NCBI GenBank assembly: GCA_039621445.1
Contig: CP154954.1
Coordinates: 16,832,589-16,896,588, forward strand
Reading direction: 5' to 3'
Source of the DNA: Euglena gracilis
Taxonomy: Eukaryota
Length of the DNA: 64,000 nucleotides
The notes under the pieces are model-generated. The model was given only the letters and a program-made list of their open reading frames with translations, was not told the origin of the DNA and made no database searches. How positions within the stretch are numbered: position 1 is the first letter of the stretch; each line of letters starts with the position of its first letter. This document shows, in pieces, positions 27,395 to 39,596 of this stretch. The translations under genes and the position numbers were made by a program.

Positions 27395-27818
27395 AGGCCG
27401 GGCCGCCGGGCCGCTGGCCGGGCCGCGGGGCCGCCGGGCCGGCCGGGCCGCCAGCCGGGCCACCGGGCCGCCGGCCCGCCGGCCGGCCGCCGGCCGGGCC
27501 GCCAGCCTCCGGCCGCCGGGCCCCGGCCGGGCCGCCAGGCCGCCGGCCGCCGGCCGCCTCCGGGCCTCGGGCCGCCGGCCGCCGGCCGCCGGCCCGCCGG
27601 GCCGGGCCGCCGCCGCCGGGCTGAGCCGCCTGCCGCCGCCTCGGGCCGCCCGCCGGCCGCCGCCGCCGCCGGCCGGGCTGCCACGGGCCCCCGGGCCTCC
27701 GCCGGGCCGCTGGCCGGCCTCCGCCCCGGCCGCCGGGGCCGCCGGGCCGCCGGGCCGCGCCACCCGCCTCCGCCGGCCCGCCGCCACCCGGCCGCCCTGC
27801 GCCGGGCCGCCGGGCCGG
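27395..27818. repeat. Almost pure G/C low-complexity tract (GCC/GGCC/GGGCC units) capping the satellite
   Basis: ggccgccgggccgctggccgggccgcggggccgccggg... with very few A/T over ~420 bp. Confidence 0.9.
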
Positions 27819-29017
27819 TGTCAATGAAGGGGTGGGGGCGCGCTTATTAAGAGCTCAGCACTATTCAAAACCTGGTCCCGACCACCCCCCCCCCTGGGGG
27901 TGTAAGGTGGGAGGGGGGGGGGCCGGACCACCCCCCCCCCCCTATATGTTGGGAGGGGGGGTCCGGACCCCCCACCCCCCCCTCCTTGACAGGTGCCAAA
28001 AATAGCAGAAAATTTTCTTCCGGCGCTGCGCGCCGGAAAATGAGCAAAAAAACACCCCTTTTGCTGACTTTTGACCATATTGCCCATTTTTTGATGTGTT
28101 GGTGTTTTCCCCCAAAAAACATGTTCAAAAAAAATTCAAAAAATGAGCATTTTTGGATCGATTTTCAAAGAAAAATCAGGGGTTTTTGACCGATTCCGAC
28201 CCGATTTCCGGCCCTTTGCCCGTCCATGAAATCGAAAAAAAACCGCCCCCCCCTCAGTTTCGAGGTAGGAGGGGGGGGTCCGACCCACCCCCCCCCTCCG
28301 TGTCGGGAGGGGGGGGTTCCGACCCCCCCCCTCAAGGCCTCCCATCCATCCCTGTGTATGACCTTCGGTGGCCTTCAATTGCGGCCAAATATCAATTTCA
28401 TGCCAAAATTTTCGTTGTATACCTCCTATGTTTTGCAAAATGTGCAATTCTTTTCCAAAATTAGCATTTCTGGTGAAAGAAAAAAATGCTGTATCCACCC
28501 AAAATTTTTCTCCTTTTTCCTAGCGTCTGGTTCCACGTCAGGGGAGGCTTTATGTTTGGGCGGCAAAACCAAACCCGTCAGGGGGGGCTTTATATTTGGG
28601 GGGGGGGCTTTATATTTGGAGGGGGTTACAGGCAGCACGTACACACCAATACCTCTTGGCGCAACAGCCAGCGCGTTCATCCAACCTGTTTGGCAGACAG
28701 AAACACAAGCTGTCACTCAGGATGTAATTTCATCGCTTGTTAGGATGGTTAGTTTGAAACCTTTTTGTTTCCTGATGGGCGTTGCGAAAGTAACAAAATA
28801 TATCTCTTTTTCCTCCAGGTGCGGTCGGCCGGTTTAGGACTTACACAAAAAATGTCAATGTGAGCATTTGCCAACATCACCAAAGAAAATGCGAGATCCA
28901 CTGCCTGAGAAAAGCCCCTCAGACCTTTTTTTGTCTAAATTTTCCTGAATTCGGACTATTTTCGGCCAAACATCTCCAGAACAGGGCCAAATTCCAAAAA
29001 AAAATGGGAGCTCTCGG

Positions 29018-29807
29018 ATATGGCGTAAAGTGGATCCCCCACAGTACCCCACAGTACCCCACAGTACCCCGCAGTACCCCACAATACCCCCCCCACCCCC
29101 CCCACACATCCCCCCCCCCCACACCCTCACCCCCCCACCCCCCCGCACATCCCCCCACTTTCCCAATGTACTGCTACGGCATTGAATGTAATCTAGGCAG
29201 TGTTAAACGAGGAACACAAGGCATGGGATGCAGCCGGTAGACTAATGATATTTCATAGTGACATGGTTGCGTTGTGCATGGTGCGAAGGGCGAATGGTGG
29301 CAGCAGGGATGGGCTAGCAGCAAGCAGACGGCTGCAGCAAAAGGAGGTTCGGGCAGGCGGTCAGTTACTCATCATCGGCAGCAGCATCCGTCGTGGCGTA
29401 CTCTGAACGCTTCTCATACAACCACGAGGCTGGCACATCCTAGGCAACCATGGCGTGTAGGTTGCATTTGATGCGAAATGATGTTCGAAATTAGAATAGG
29501 TTCATGGTGTAAACATATGCGGGAATGCATTTTGAAATCCAGGCCACACGTGTGTCATTTTTTGACCATTCGGGTGTCATTTTTTGACTTACTCGGCCTT
29601 CGGCCTCGTCCGCCCCCCCCCCCTCCCCGGACCCCCCAGAACCCAAATAACATCATCCCTTGTGTGTTCATGGAAAGACCCCCCCTCACCGCCCCCTCCC
29701 CCCCCCCCCCCCCCCACACCCTCCACCCCCCCCACCACAAACCCCCCCCACACATACCCCCCCACAGCCACGCTTAAGTGTGGGGGCTGCACTTTACGCC
29801 ATATGTG
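29018..29807. mobile_element. Non-autonomous TIR element, ~790 bp, 25-bp inverted repeats, 8-bp TSD
   Basis: Left atatggcgtaaagtggatcccccac vs right gtgggggctgcactttacgccatat (2 mismatches). GCTCTCGG at 29010-29017 and 29808-29815. The right end has 3 extra nt (GTG). Confidence 0.8.
29041..29090. repeat. Subterminal decamer tandem repeat (ACAGTACCCC)x5
   Basis: Read directly; lies at the inner edge of the left TIR of the 29018-29807 element. Confidence 0.85.
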
Positions 29808-30895
29808 GCTCTCGGGAGTCCGGCTGTGATGTAATCCTAAGAAATTATGAAAGTGGGACCAGATGAACCATGCCCCCCCCCCCCGGGGGGGCACATGGTT
29901 TATCCCTGCCACGATGGACCCAAGGGTGAGTGGTAAGAAATCCCAAGCCTTTCCAGTCTTGTCTGCTGCCCCTTCCTCCGCCGGGTCAGCCCAACGGCTC
30001 CTGCTGAGGCTTAGGCTCAGGCTGTCTGCCGAGCTGCCCCACCCCAGAGTTTGCTGCACCGACTGTTTCCTTCACATCAGGAGATGGAGGTGGCTGATCG
30101 ATGTTTTGGTTGGTGTGACTGATTCAATTCCCAGACTGGGTCCCCTCCCATGGGTGTTTTTTTCCGGTCCAGGGCTGTTCACCCCACTAGCTTGGTTCAT
30201 ACTGATGCGTGACACAAGCCGCGCATTTTTTTATGCCACAAATGCGGAGTTCCTCTGGGCTGTCACTCAGACCCAAAGCCCAAGGTTCAAGGGAAATATT
30301 TAAGAGGTTCATTGTAAGGATAGGGATGATTCATGTGGATTCAAAATGGATTCACAATTGGACGTTTGTGCTTTTCGTGCACAAGAGTGGGCCTCATGCT
30401 GAGGGGCCTGGGCATGGGTCGAGCCAAAAGTACTGGTACGTATTTTAAAAATTGGCCGAAGCTTTTGGGCGGTTGGGGTTTCGAAAATTTTCTTTATGAG
30501 ACAGACCTGAAAAACAATGACCCCAAAAGATTATTTTGAAAAAAAAATGATGTTGAAATGATGAAAAGTCGGGGTTTGAGTACCTTTTGATTAACCTTTT
30601 TCACCCCCCCCCCAGATGGGTCCGTCCAATCACCAGTGCAAAGGTGCAAACCCTTCTGGAGTCCCTAAAGGGACCTGTTCTGGGCAGATTTCTGAGGTAG
30701 GTACGACCCCTGGGGGTTTTGCCTGCCTGGAAACACAGCCAGAACCCCGATACCCCCTTCTCCTCCACGGGGTTGGTTGAATTCTGCCTCCTGGCAACGA
30801 TGTGCGGCACACGAAGCAATAATGCACTGCCGCACTTTTCTTGTCCAGCTTTGTGGCTTCTGATAGCAAAAAGCCAGCACACGAGACGCCGCATT

Positions 30896-31573
30896 CAGGG
30901 GTTTCTTTTTGGTCGTGGACCCCGGGGGGGATAGGGTGGGTGGGTCCGGCCGAACCCCCTCCCCGGGGTCCCCCCAGGGGGGGGGAGGATGTACACTTTT
31001 CGGTGCCGAAGTCACCAAGTTTTTTTTGAAAAAAGCGCTATTTTTTGGCATTTTTTCGCTTTTTTTTGGGCCATTTTCGGGGGAAATTGAGTGGGTCCCC
31101 CCCAGGGTGGGTGGGTGGGGGTAAACCCCCCCCCAAATAATACCCCCCCCGGGTATTATTTTTTCGCCCGAAGTCCCGGCCCGAGGGGGGGGGTATTATT
31201 TGGGGGGGGGGGTATTATTTTTCCAAAATTTTCGAAATTTTCCGAAGTCCCGTAAAACCCAAAATAGCACACAAAACCGCCCTTTGGGGACATTTTTGCA
31301 CTTTCTTGTGAAATTTACCATTTTTGGAGGTCAGATGAGCCAGAAAAATCCATTTTTTCAATAATTTGTTGTCAGAAATTGTGATTTTTACCTACATTTT
31401 CAGGTCAAAAATCCGGGCCTTCGGCCCGAAACCAGGGGGGGGGGTATTATTTCGGCGGCCGAAGTCGGACCCCAAGGGGGGGGGTATTATTTGGGGGGGG
31501 GGGGTATTATTTGGGGGGGGGGTATTATTTGGGGGGGTTTACCTCCCCCCCCCCGGTCTTAAAAAGACCCCTA
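30896..31573. mobile_element. Old hAT-like MITE (family E type ends) hosting a nested element
   Basis: Ends caggggtttctttt / aaaaagaccccta; degenerate 8-bp flanks gccgcatt / gccacatc (6/8); ends resemble those of 57555-57853. Confidence 0.55.
31120..31543. mobile_element. Nested inverted-repeat element with (G)n-TATTATTT subterminal repeats
   Basis: ggtaaac(c)n-aaataata(c)n at the left mirrors (g)n-tattattt-(g)n-tttacc at the right; several internal gggggtattattt copies. TSD not resolvable in the homopolymer flanks. Confidence 0.6.
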
Positions 31574-33379
31574 GCCACATCCATCCAGTGGCTTCCGGGT
31601 TCTTTGGCCAGTGCACATTGCCGGCACCCCTGTGCCAAACCCCCCTCCCTAACACCCTGCTCAAACAGCTTCCTGCCCAATTCTCTCAGTGCATCCTCTG
31701 CAGCCAAAGCCCAGTGGCCCCTGGTTCGGTTCAAGCGGCGCGGGGTTCTTGCCTTGCGGGCACTTCGCAGCCCTCTGACCTCTGGCTTGCCTCCTGGCAG
31801 GGCTGCCTGGGGTCCCCAGATTGTCTGGGAGCAAGAGTCAATGCATGCTAATGTTTGTACATTTTTATCATTGAGCCGGAAGCATTCTCCAAAGGGAGAA
31901 ACGGTTCAGGTGTTGCTGGCCTCACAGGGCGGACAAAAATTATGGTTGACTAAAATTTCGGTAAAGTGCTCAATCTTTGCTGTAATTTTCAACCACTGTC
32001 AGTTCCTTGCCCTCCCTCTTCCATGAATCACCAGCCTAAATTGACCAAAAATGACAGGGCAATTGTCTAAAAAAGACCCCAAAATTTGAGCCGCGTTCAG
32101 GGGTGGTCCGGCGCACCGTGACACGGCAGGACGTCCCACTTCCCGTGCGTGCAGTCACTTTCTGGTGATTGCCTGCACCAAACGGGCTTCACCTTGTGTG
32201 TGGACATTTTGGTGCGGACCAGAAAGCTGGTGGTGCATCTTTTTGGTCTGGCGGTGCGGCGGCAGAAAAGAACATCGCATGGACACTGCCGAGGTCCAGC
32301 ATCTCGGCAGCAATCTTTTTATAGGTTTTCATTTTGCTTAAAATTATGAATTATGGGGCCTCAGAGCCAATTGAATTTCGGTTGGGATTCATGGAGGGAC
32401 TCTTCTACTGGGTGGCATGACTTGGCCAGGCACTACAGTTTCACTGTTTGAACCTTATAAGTTGAGGGAAAACATTCATTTTTTGACAAAATTCTGGAGC
32501 ACTACTCTTCAGAAAGAAACCATCGAATACTTTTCAGTCCAGGCTGTACAAGGGTCATCCGTCGCCTCAATGGAGAGGGGTTGTTATTGTGGAGGGATGC
32601 CAGAAAGAACCAAAACAACCTTCAATAATGAAGAATGGCATTTCGCTCCGTCCTATTTGGGCCTGTCAGGCAGCCCAAACTTAGGCGGCCGAAATTCGCA
32701 CTTAAGCTTTTTTCTTTTTATTTGCGCACTTGCGCAAATTTACGAGTTTTTTTGATTCTTCTTTGATTCGGCTGTGAAGGTCAGGGGGGTTTGAAAACAC
32801 GGTGACGAGAGAGTGCAAAAAATGAGCGAAATTCTGTTTTTGGCTGTGTGACCTCCGGGACTTTGGCGAACAATGGTGTTTTTGGGGTGTCTGAAAATGG
32901 ACTTTGTACGTCGAAACCCCCGGGACCTTGCCGGCCCACAGTGTAAAAAAACGCAAAAAAGCGCCATAGGAACGGGACCTTTACTGCCCTTTGTTGCTAC
33001 TTTCAGCTGTGTCCCCGGGTGTGCCCGAACTGCCGACGGTGTGCGTCCTGGGTGTTTGCCAGACTGCGTTGCTTGCAGCGCCTTGGTGTGGTGTTTTTTG
33101 GGTTGTTTGTTAAAGTGCGGGGAGGAAGTGCCGGGGGGTGTGGGTGTGGTGTGACCAAGCCGGCGGGAAGGACGCAAGGGAAGGAAGGTGAGTGCGTGTT
33201 GGGCAAGGGATGCGCAGAGGGGAAGAAATAGGGTCCGCAGGGAATGTAGGGGACAGGTGTCTCCCACCCCATTTATGGCCGGGATCCGCACATCCAGTTG
33301 CGTGGCAAAGAACAAAGCGAAAGAAGCCCAACGCTGGAAGGACAAGATTGCGTTTATTTGCGCAAATGCGCGCACTAAC

Positions 33380-33423
33380 ACGTTTATGTTTATTTGCGCA
33401 TTTGCGCAAATAAACATAAACGT
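33380..33423. other. Perfect palindrome, 21-bp arms with a 2-nt spacer
   Basis: acgtttatgtttatttgcgca-tt-tgcgcaaataaacataaacgt. Confidence 0.9.
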
Positions 33424-36400
33424 AGGCGGCTCAAATTGCCCAATTTTTTTTCCAATTTCTGCGCGTTTGAGGTGCGCGGGTTTCCGCTAACGATGCCCCA
33501 CCGTTTTGTGCTCAAAATTTTAAAAGGGTCACACCAGCACAAAAATTTGGGTCGTTTTGGGTCCATTTTAGGCGTTTTTACAAAGTGGCGATTTTGAAAA
33601 TTTATGGACGTTTTAGGGGGGTTTTGGGAAACACCCCCCCCCCTGGAACGCCCTGAAAATTTGAAAACCAGAAAACAGCCGGAGAACGCCTGGCCTCTGG
33701 AGCCCCGGTTGTCTGGCGATGCTGCCGGACCCCCCCTCTGGAGGGGGGGTGACACGGTGTGGCAGGTGAAGAAGAGGCAACCGCCTAAGCAACCCGCCCA
33801 TTTTTGAACCTCTCGTGAGTTCCGAGGTCCAGTGATGGGGAAGGTGAACAGACAGCACTGCCCAAAAGATGCTATAATTTCTGGAAGGGACGTGTTAGGT
33901 GGTAAACCGCGCAAAATTGGGTTTTGTGATGAAGAGATGCTACTCTTACGGAGGGGGCTGGCCTGGGAAGAAAGGTAAAAATGAGGTTAGGCGGTTTACC
34001 GCCTAAAGCAGTGACAATTCCGTAACGAGGTGTGTGCTGTGTGTGCTTGCCCCGGGTGTCCTGATTGGTTTACAAGCTCCCCAGCATGCCCCTGCTCCTG
34101 GGCTGTGCACCACGATGTATCATTTGGCAGCGCGGGCTGACAGTTGGACCAGGAAGGCACGGGAGGGAGGGGGACGTGGCTGCCTGTGCTGTTATCCGGA
34201 ACAGGGGGGGTTGGGAAAGGCTTCAACACCATTCTGGCCATCACAAGTTCAAGAACGTTGAGAAACTTGTGGCCAAGGTGAACTGAAATGGGATGCGGTT
34301 TGAGTGCGTGGTTTCCTTAATTTGTCAGCGCACAAGTTTCCTGTTGACGACACAGCTGTGCCACGCAAATCTGAACATTTTTTCCCACCTGTCAACCTCT
34401 GCTGAGAGATGCAGGGGGGGGGGGGAATTACGTCAATTTTTACCCATTTTGGGTAAACCGTTTTCGTTGGGGCATCGGCCTTTTTTCGACGTTTTTGGCA
34501 TTTTCAGCCAGTTCATGATTGCTTTTGCCGTTTTTTGGGAGTGGGGCAGAAAAAAAAATACCGAAACTTATGAAATCAACAACTGGCCTGAGGGGGTGTT
34601 CGTTGGACAAGCCCAGTTGCTGTTGCTGGGGGGGAGAGGTAAATGTTTTTGTCAATGTCATCCACCAGGCAAAATTCCGAACTATTCTTACAAAATTGAT
34701 TCTTCGTCAGGTGTTCAATTGTCCACGTCTGTCAATGACCCAACTTTTTTAAAAAGGGGGGGCAGAGCATATGGAGAGCCGGCCACGCGGGTTGATGTCG
34801 GGGCAACCAATGGTCCCCCACGGCAACGGAGGGGAGGACTGGGAGCCATAGGGGGACTTCGGGGAACGACGAGGGAGAGGACCCCCGGGTTTAGATGGGT
34901 CGGGACTTGGGGGCAGTGCTGGACATCACGCTGGCCATGAAGCAGGCACAGCATCCAACTCCCTGCCCACCATGAGCCGTCTGTGGTCAAAGCAGGCAAA
35001 CATTATTTTTAGGACACCTAAAAAACGTATAAAAAAAAACTTTAAAAAACGGCCAAATGTTTAGTACCTTAAATCCCTGAAAACCCCCCGTAAAAAATCA
35101 TTCTGGCAAAATCTCTTTCTGACTGATCAAAAATCCAATCGCAGAATCTCGACAAAAAAAATTTAAATCCAGAAAAGAAATTTCTGGCATCACGGGAACC
35201 GTGTCTATCCCCTCAAACTCGGAAAAATGAGGGTTTCGAGGCATTTTTCAAATGCCCAGACAGTCCTTAATAAACAAAATCCTTAAAAAATCTTAAAACG
35301 CCTTAAAGACCGTAAAAAATAAATTCAAAATAACTTAAAAATATTTTGTTTGACAAAGTTTTCCCCCAAGCAGTGCCTGAAACGCCATTTTTTTTGATAT
35401 TCTAATATTTAATGCTTCAGACCAGCGCTGCATATCAAGAGTGAAAACTGGTTGTATGGTCACTCTGTCCACCCTCTTACAGACCCAGGGGTTTTCCGGA
35501 AGCCCACCCTGCTGTATGTACAGCCCTGCTTTCAGCCATTATTTTATTCAGCATTTTTTTTTCTTAAGCCAAATATTTTCCTGGTTCCTGGTCCTTGGAT
35601 AAACCCATGCCTCTGGTCACGCATCCCCTCAAGACATCGCTGCTTACGGTAGCTCACCGATGGCTTCCAATGGACGAGGGGGGGGGGGGTCGCATCAGGT
35701 GGCTGGGAAGGGTGTTGGCTGGACCCATTGAAGCAAAGGCAAACCTGCCCTCCGTCTGAGGCGGGGTGGCTTCTGCTCCACTGCCACCCCGCAGCCGGAA
35801 ATGGAGGCTGTGGGCAGCCGGCCCCCGCCCATTGCCGAAATAGCTCATCGGGTTCGGTCGCTTTCCCAAATCGACAAAAAGTGGCTCGCATCGTGCGGGA
35901 AACATTTGTGGCGGCGCGGGACTTGACGTCGCCAATACACGCGAGCACGTGGCAACCACTGCTAGTTTTGGCATTCACTGATGCAACCGATTCAAAAGAA
36001 TTCCCGCTGGTGCTCGTGGGCACGTCCACCCTTGTCACCCTTGTCAGCCAGCACTGCCCCCTGCCACTAGGTGAGTATGATGAGCCTGCAAGACGGAGAG
36101 CGGGGGCAGGCCACAGCATCCATCAGCGAAATGTTACTGACCAAACCCCTCTGCCGTAGAGTCTCCCGGCTGGAACTGGCTTGATGTGGGGTCGAGCCGG
36201 GCACCACAAAAAGACCGAAACATAAAAAAAAGCCTAAACACCAGCAAATCATACAAAAAAAATCGATTTTGACCAAATTTTGAGCTAGGCAGTCTTTATC
36301 CGACCGATTTTTACCAATTTCCCCGTTTTACCCGTTTCGACCCAGTGTTCACCTTTGAAGGGAAAGAATACACCACACTCCAGCCGCTCTTCAGGAATTG

Positions 36401-36613
36401 CACAAGAAGAAGAAGGAAACTGCACAAGAAATAAAACCCGGCTCTGGAGGGGAGGGGGTCCGAGGCTGGGAAAAGACGCTGGATAGCTGGCTGGACACAC
36501 CGGGGGCGGCGGGCAAAAGTTCCTGGGCTCTGCAACCATCATCACAAAACCGGAATTCTTCCCCCCATGTGCTTGGTCAAGATGGGATATGAGGCCAGGG
36601 GATGAGGGCAACT

Positions 36614-36782
36614 TCACGCGCATGCGCGCACGCACACACACACGCGCGCGCGCGCACGCACACGCACGCACGCGCGCACGCATGCGCACACACACACACG
36701 CACACACACACACACACACGCACACACACACACGCACACACACACACACGCGCGCGCGCGCGCGCGCGCACGCACACACACA
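36614..36782. repeat. Mixed (CA)n/(CG)n alternating purine-pyrimidine tract
   Basis: cacgcgcatgcgcgcacgcacacac...cgcgcgcgcgcgcgcgcaca. Confidence 0.9.
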
Positions 36783-37128
36783 AGCGGTGGCAGTTGAGGT
36801 GACAGGCAACGATCTTCAGGGTCTACCGTGCGATGTGGTCTAGGCGCAGTCCGAGCCGCTTCAGAGCCGCGCAGCTGCAGCCACAGGTCGGACTTGCCGG
36901 GGAGCTGCTGCAAGAGGCTGAATGGTGCGGCCATGTTTGGGAGGGGGGCCGGGGCAAAGACTAGCCGGAGAACCCTGTCAGGGGGAGAGCAGGTGTGTAT
37001 CTGTGATTTCTGCAGAAGCCGATGCGCAGGGCACAGCGCCCAAGTCTCACCCCATGCACCGCTTTGCCAAGTTATGAAGAATTCGGAACACTGTGGGGAT
37101 GTCCACCCCTGCAGTGCTAGTACTGCTT

Positions 37129-37267
37129 GGCACTGCATGGCACTGCGTGTACAGTCCGTGTGCACTGCGTGGCACTGCGTGGTACTGTGTGGGCACTGCG
37201 TGGCTGCATGGCACCACGTGGCACTGCGTGACACTCCATGGAACTGCGTGCACTGCGTGGCACTGCG
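37129..37267. repeat. Degenerate decamer tandem repeat (GGCACTGCGT)n, ~14 units
   Basis: ggcactgcat ggcactgcgt ... ggtactgtgt ... ggcactgcg. Confidence 0.8.
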
Positions 37268-37509
37268 GGCCGTCAAACCACTTGTTTTTTGCATCATTGG
37301 CTTTTTCGGGGCCATCAAGGGCACTTTTCTTCAAATGAGCAAAAGTGCAAAATCCCCGCAAAAACAAACCAACTCCGGGAAGAAATATGATTTCTGGCAT
37401 CGCTGGAACATTGTCCATCTACACATTTTTCGACCTGTTTCGACTTTTTTTGATTTTGGGCCACATGCAGAATCAAAAACGTTGGTTTGATGCCGCCTTG
37501 GACCGCCCT

Positions 37510-37741
37510 GGAAATGGGGTTTGGGGGGGGGCCTTCTTCTCTATGGGTTCCAAAATGGGTCAAAAAAAAAACACCCGGCGCGGAAGGGGCCGGGGAAACA
37601 TTTTGGGGTCCAAAATCTTGTGCCACCAGAACAACGGGAAGAGGTGGGGGGTCAACCCCCCTACCCACCATGCAGGGGGTGGGGGGTGGTCGACCCCCCC
37701 CCCACCGCCCTGGCTGTTTGGCCGATTCCCGTTCTACCCTG
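37510..37741 (+). mobile_element. Right-half fragment of MITE family B
   Basis: gggttccaaaatgggtcaaaa...ccctggctgtttggccgattcccgttctaccctg is collinear with 38980-39172 and 45000-45245. Confidence 0.75.
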
Positions 37742-38341
37742 GGTTTGGGTTAAAGGAAAGGTTAAGGTTCGGGTAAGACTGTTCGGCTGAAATCAGGTAC
37801 AAATTAGGTGGAAATTACGACCTGGGGGAGCGCTTGGTGATGAGATTAGACCGGGATGGGCAAGCTGGCAGGTCATGTCACAAATTTCGGCAGGCCAGAT
37901 GCTAAATAGATCGAAAAGCCCAAAATGGTGATCAGAGTCAATCTTGGAGACACTTTTTGCACGTTGGGGAGGGGGTGAATACCTGGGGGGGAAATATTTA
38001 CTCCTGGGGGAGGCATCTGAGGGCACAAATAGCACTGACTACATGCAGCCGCTGTAAATTAAACCCAAACACGGCAGGCATAACTGAATCCTTCCCTGGA
38101 AAACCGTTTGGGTGCCTGGCTGTGTCATCCTCGCTTTCCTTTGAAGTCAATGAAAGGTGGCTGGCTGGGATTCTGCCACCGGAGGGGCACGCCGGTCAAT
38201 GCCCAATGTGCGCCACCGCCGTGTGTGCGGCATCGCCGAAGCGCACCGGAACTGCACTCCAGTTCCAGCCCAGGAACGCTCGTCCAACACGTGTGTTCCG
38301 GTGCCGGAACACACGTCCACGGCCGGTGGCCGACTCGCCAC

Positions 38342-39274
38342 CAGGCTGTTTTTTTACCCCCCCCCGTGGGAGAGGGGGGGTCCGGAGTGCCTTGGGGTGC
38401 CTGCCCAGGCACCCGGGGGGGGGGGGTGGGGGGGCTTTTGGCCTGTGCCCAGGCACACTCCTTTGAAAATAGGCCATTTTTGGATCCCCGGCGCCTTTGG
38501 CACCAGGGTCTGCTAGGGCACTTTTGGCCATGTGCCCTACCCCCCCCGGCAGGGCAGAACGGGAAGGCCTGGTGGGGAGGGGGGTCGACCCCCCACCCGG
38601 GAGGGGGGGGGGGGGGTCGACACCCCCCCCCCACCCACCACAGCATTTTCACCAATTTCGGGAAAACAGGGATTTTGGCCAGAAAAAATTTGAATCTTTT
38701 TTTTTGGAAAAAATGAACCCAAAAAACACATGATTTTTTGATGGAAACCCACATTTTTCACAAAAAAAATCTCAAAAATTTCAGGGTTAAAAATTGGTAG
38801 TTTTCAGGAGGGGGTGAAAAAAAAAAAACGAACGTCAAAGAAGTGGACCAAATTTTGGCATAATCAAATTTTACTGACATTTTTCTCTTATTTTTTTGGA
38901 CTTTCAATGGCACTTTTTGCTTCAAAAACCTCTCAAAATCAAAATTTTGAGAAAATGTTGAATTTTTGGAAGGTGTGAAAAAATGGGGTTTTGGGGGGGG
39001 GGCCCTATACGGGTTCCAAAATGGGTCAAAATAACACCTGGCGCCGAAAGCACCGGAAAAAAATTTTCGGGTCCAAGAATTGGTGCTCCCGGAAGTACGG
39101 GAAGAGGTGGTGGGGGGGGTCGACCCCCCCACCCACCACCCTGGCTGTTTGGCCGCTTCCCGTTCTGCCCTGCCCCCGGGGGGGGGGGGGTCGGATCAGG
39201 AGTGCCTTGGAGTGCCCGCCCAGGCAGGCACCCCCCCCCCGGGTGGGGTTGGCACCCGACTAAAATACGGCCTG
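38342..39274 (+). mobile_element. hAT-like MITE family C, interrupted by a family B insertion
   Basis: Ends caggctgttttt / aaaatacggcctg; perfect 8-bp TSD CTCGCCAC at 38334-38341 and 39275-39282; body matches the uninterrupted copy at 55645-55942. Confidence 0.88.
38550..39172 (+). mobile_element. hAT-like MITE family B (~620 bp) nested in family C
   Basis: Perfect 16-bp TIR cagggcagaacgggaa / ttcccgttctgccctg; flanked by CCCCCGG on both sides (7-8 bp, homopolymer ambiguity). Confidence 0.88.
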
Positions 39275-39596
39275 CTCGCCACGGGGGGGGGGGGGGGCAC
39301 AGGGGGGGCGGGGTGCTGGCAGAGAATACCCTGGGTCTGGGTGGCCGGCATTGGGTGGCAGTGGGTTTGCCAGCCACGTCCTCTTCCACACCAGGCACCC
39401 TCCGGCCATACAGGAAGGGGTCGAAACGCCACCAAAAATCCACTTAGTGACACCCAAAGGGCACTTCTTCCCCAAACCCACCGACCCACCCGTACAGTAC
39501 ACCGGGGGGGGGGGGGTCGACCCACCAACCCACCAAAAATCCACCAAAAATCCTGGAAAGAACTCTTGTCTGCTGAGCTGGACTGACACACCCACC

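Noticed and set aside
3063..27624. Hundreds of K/F/P-rich ORFs on both strands
   Set aside because: They are translations of the satellite. TAA/TAG are absent because the monomer lacks TA, and frames shift at random with homopolymer length.
27103..27850. Pro/Arg/Ala/Gly-rich ORFs
   Set aside because: A consequence of the pure G/C tract, which has no stop codons.
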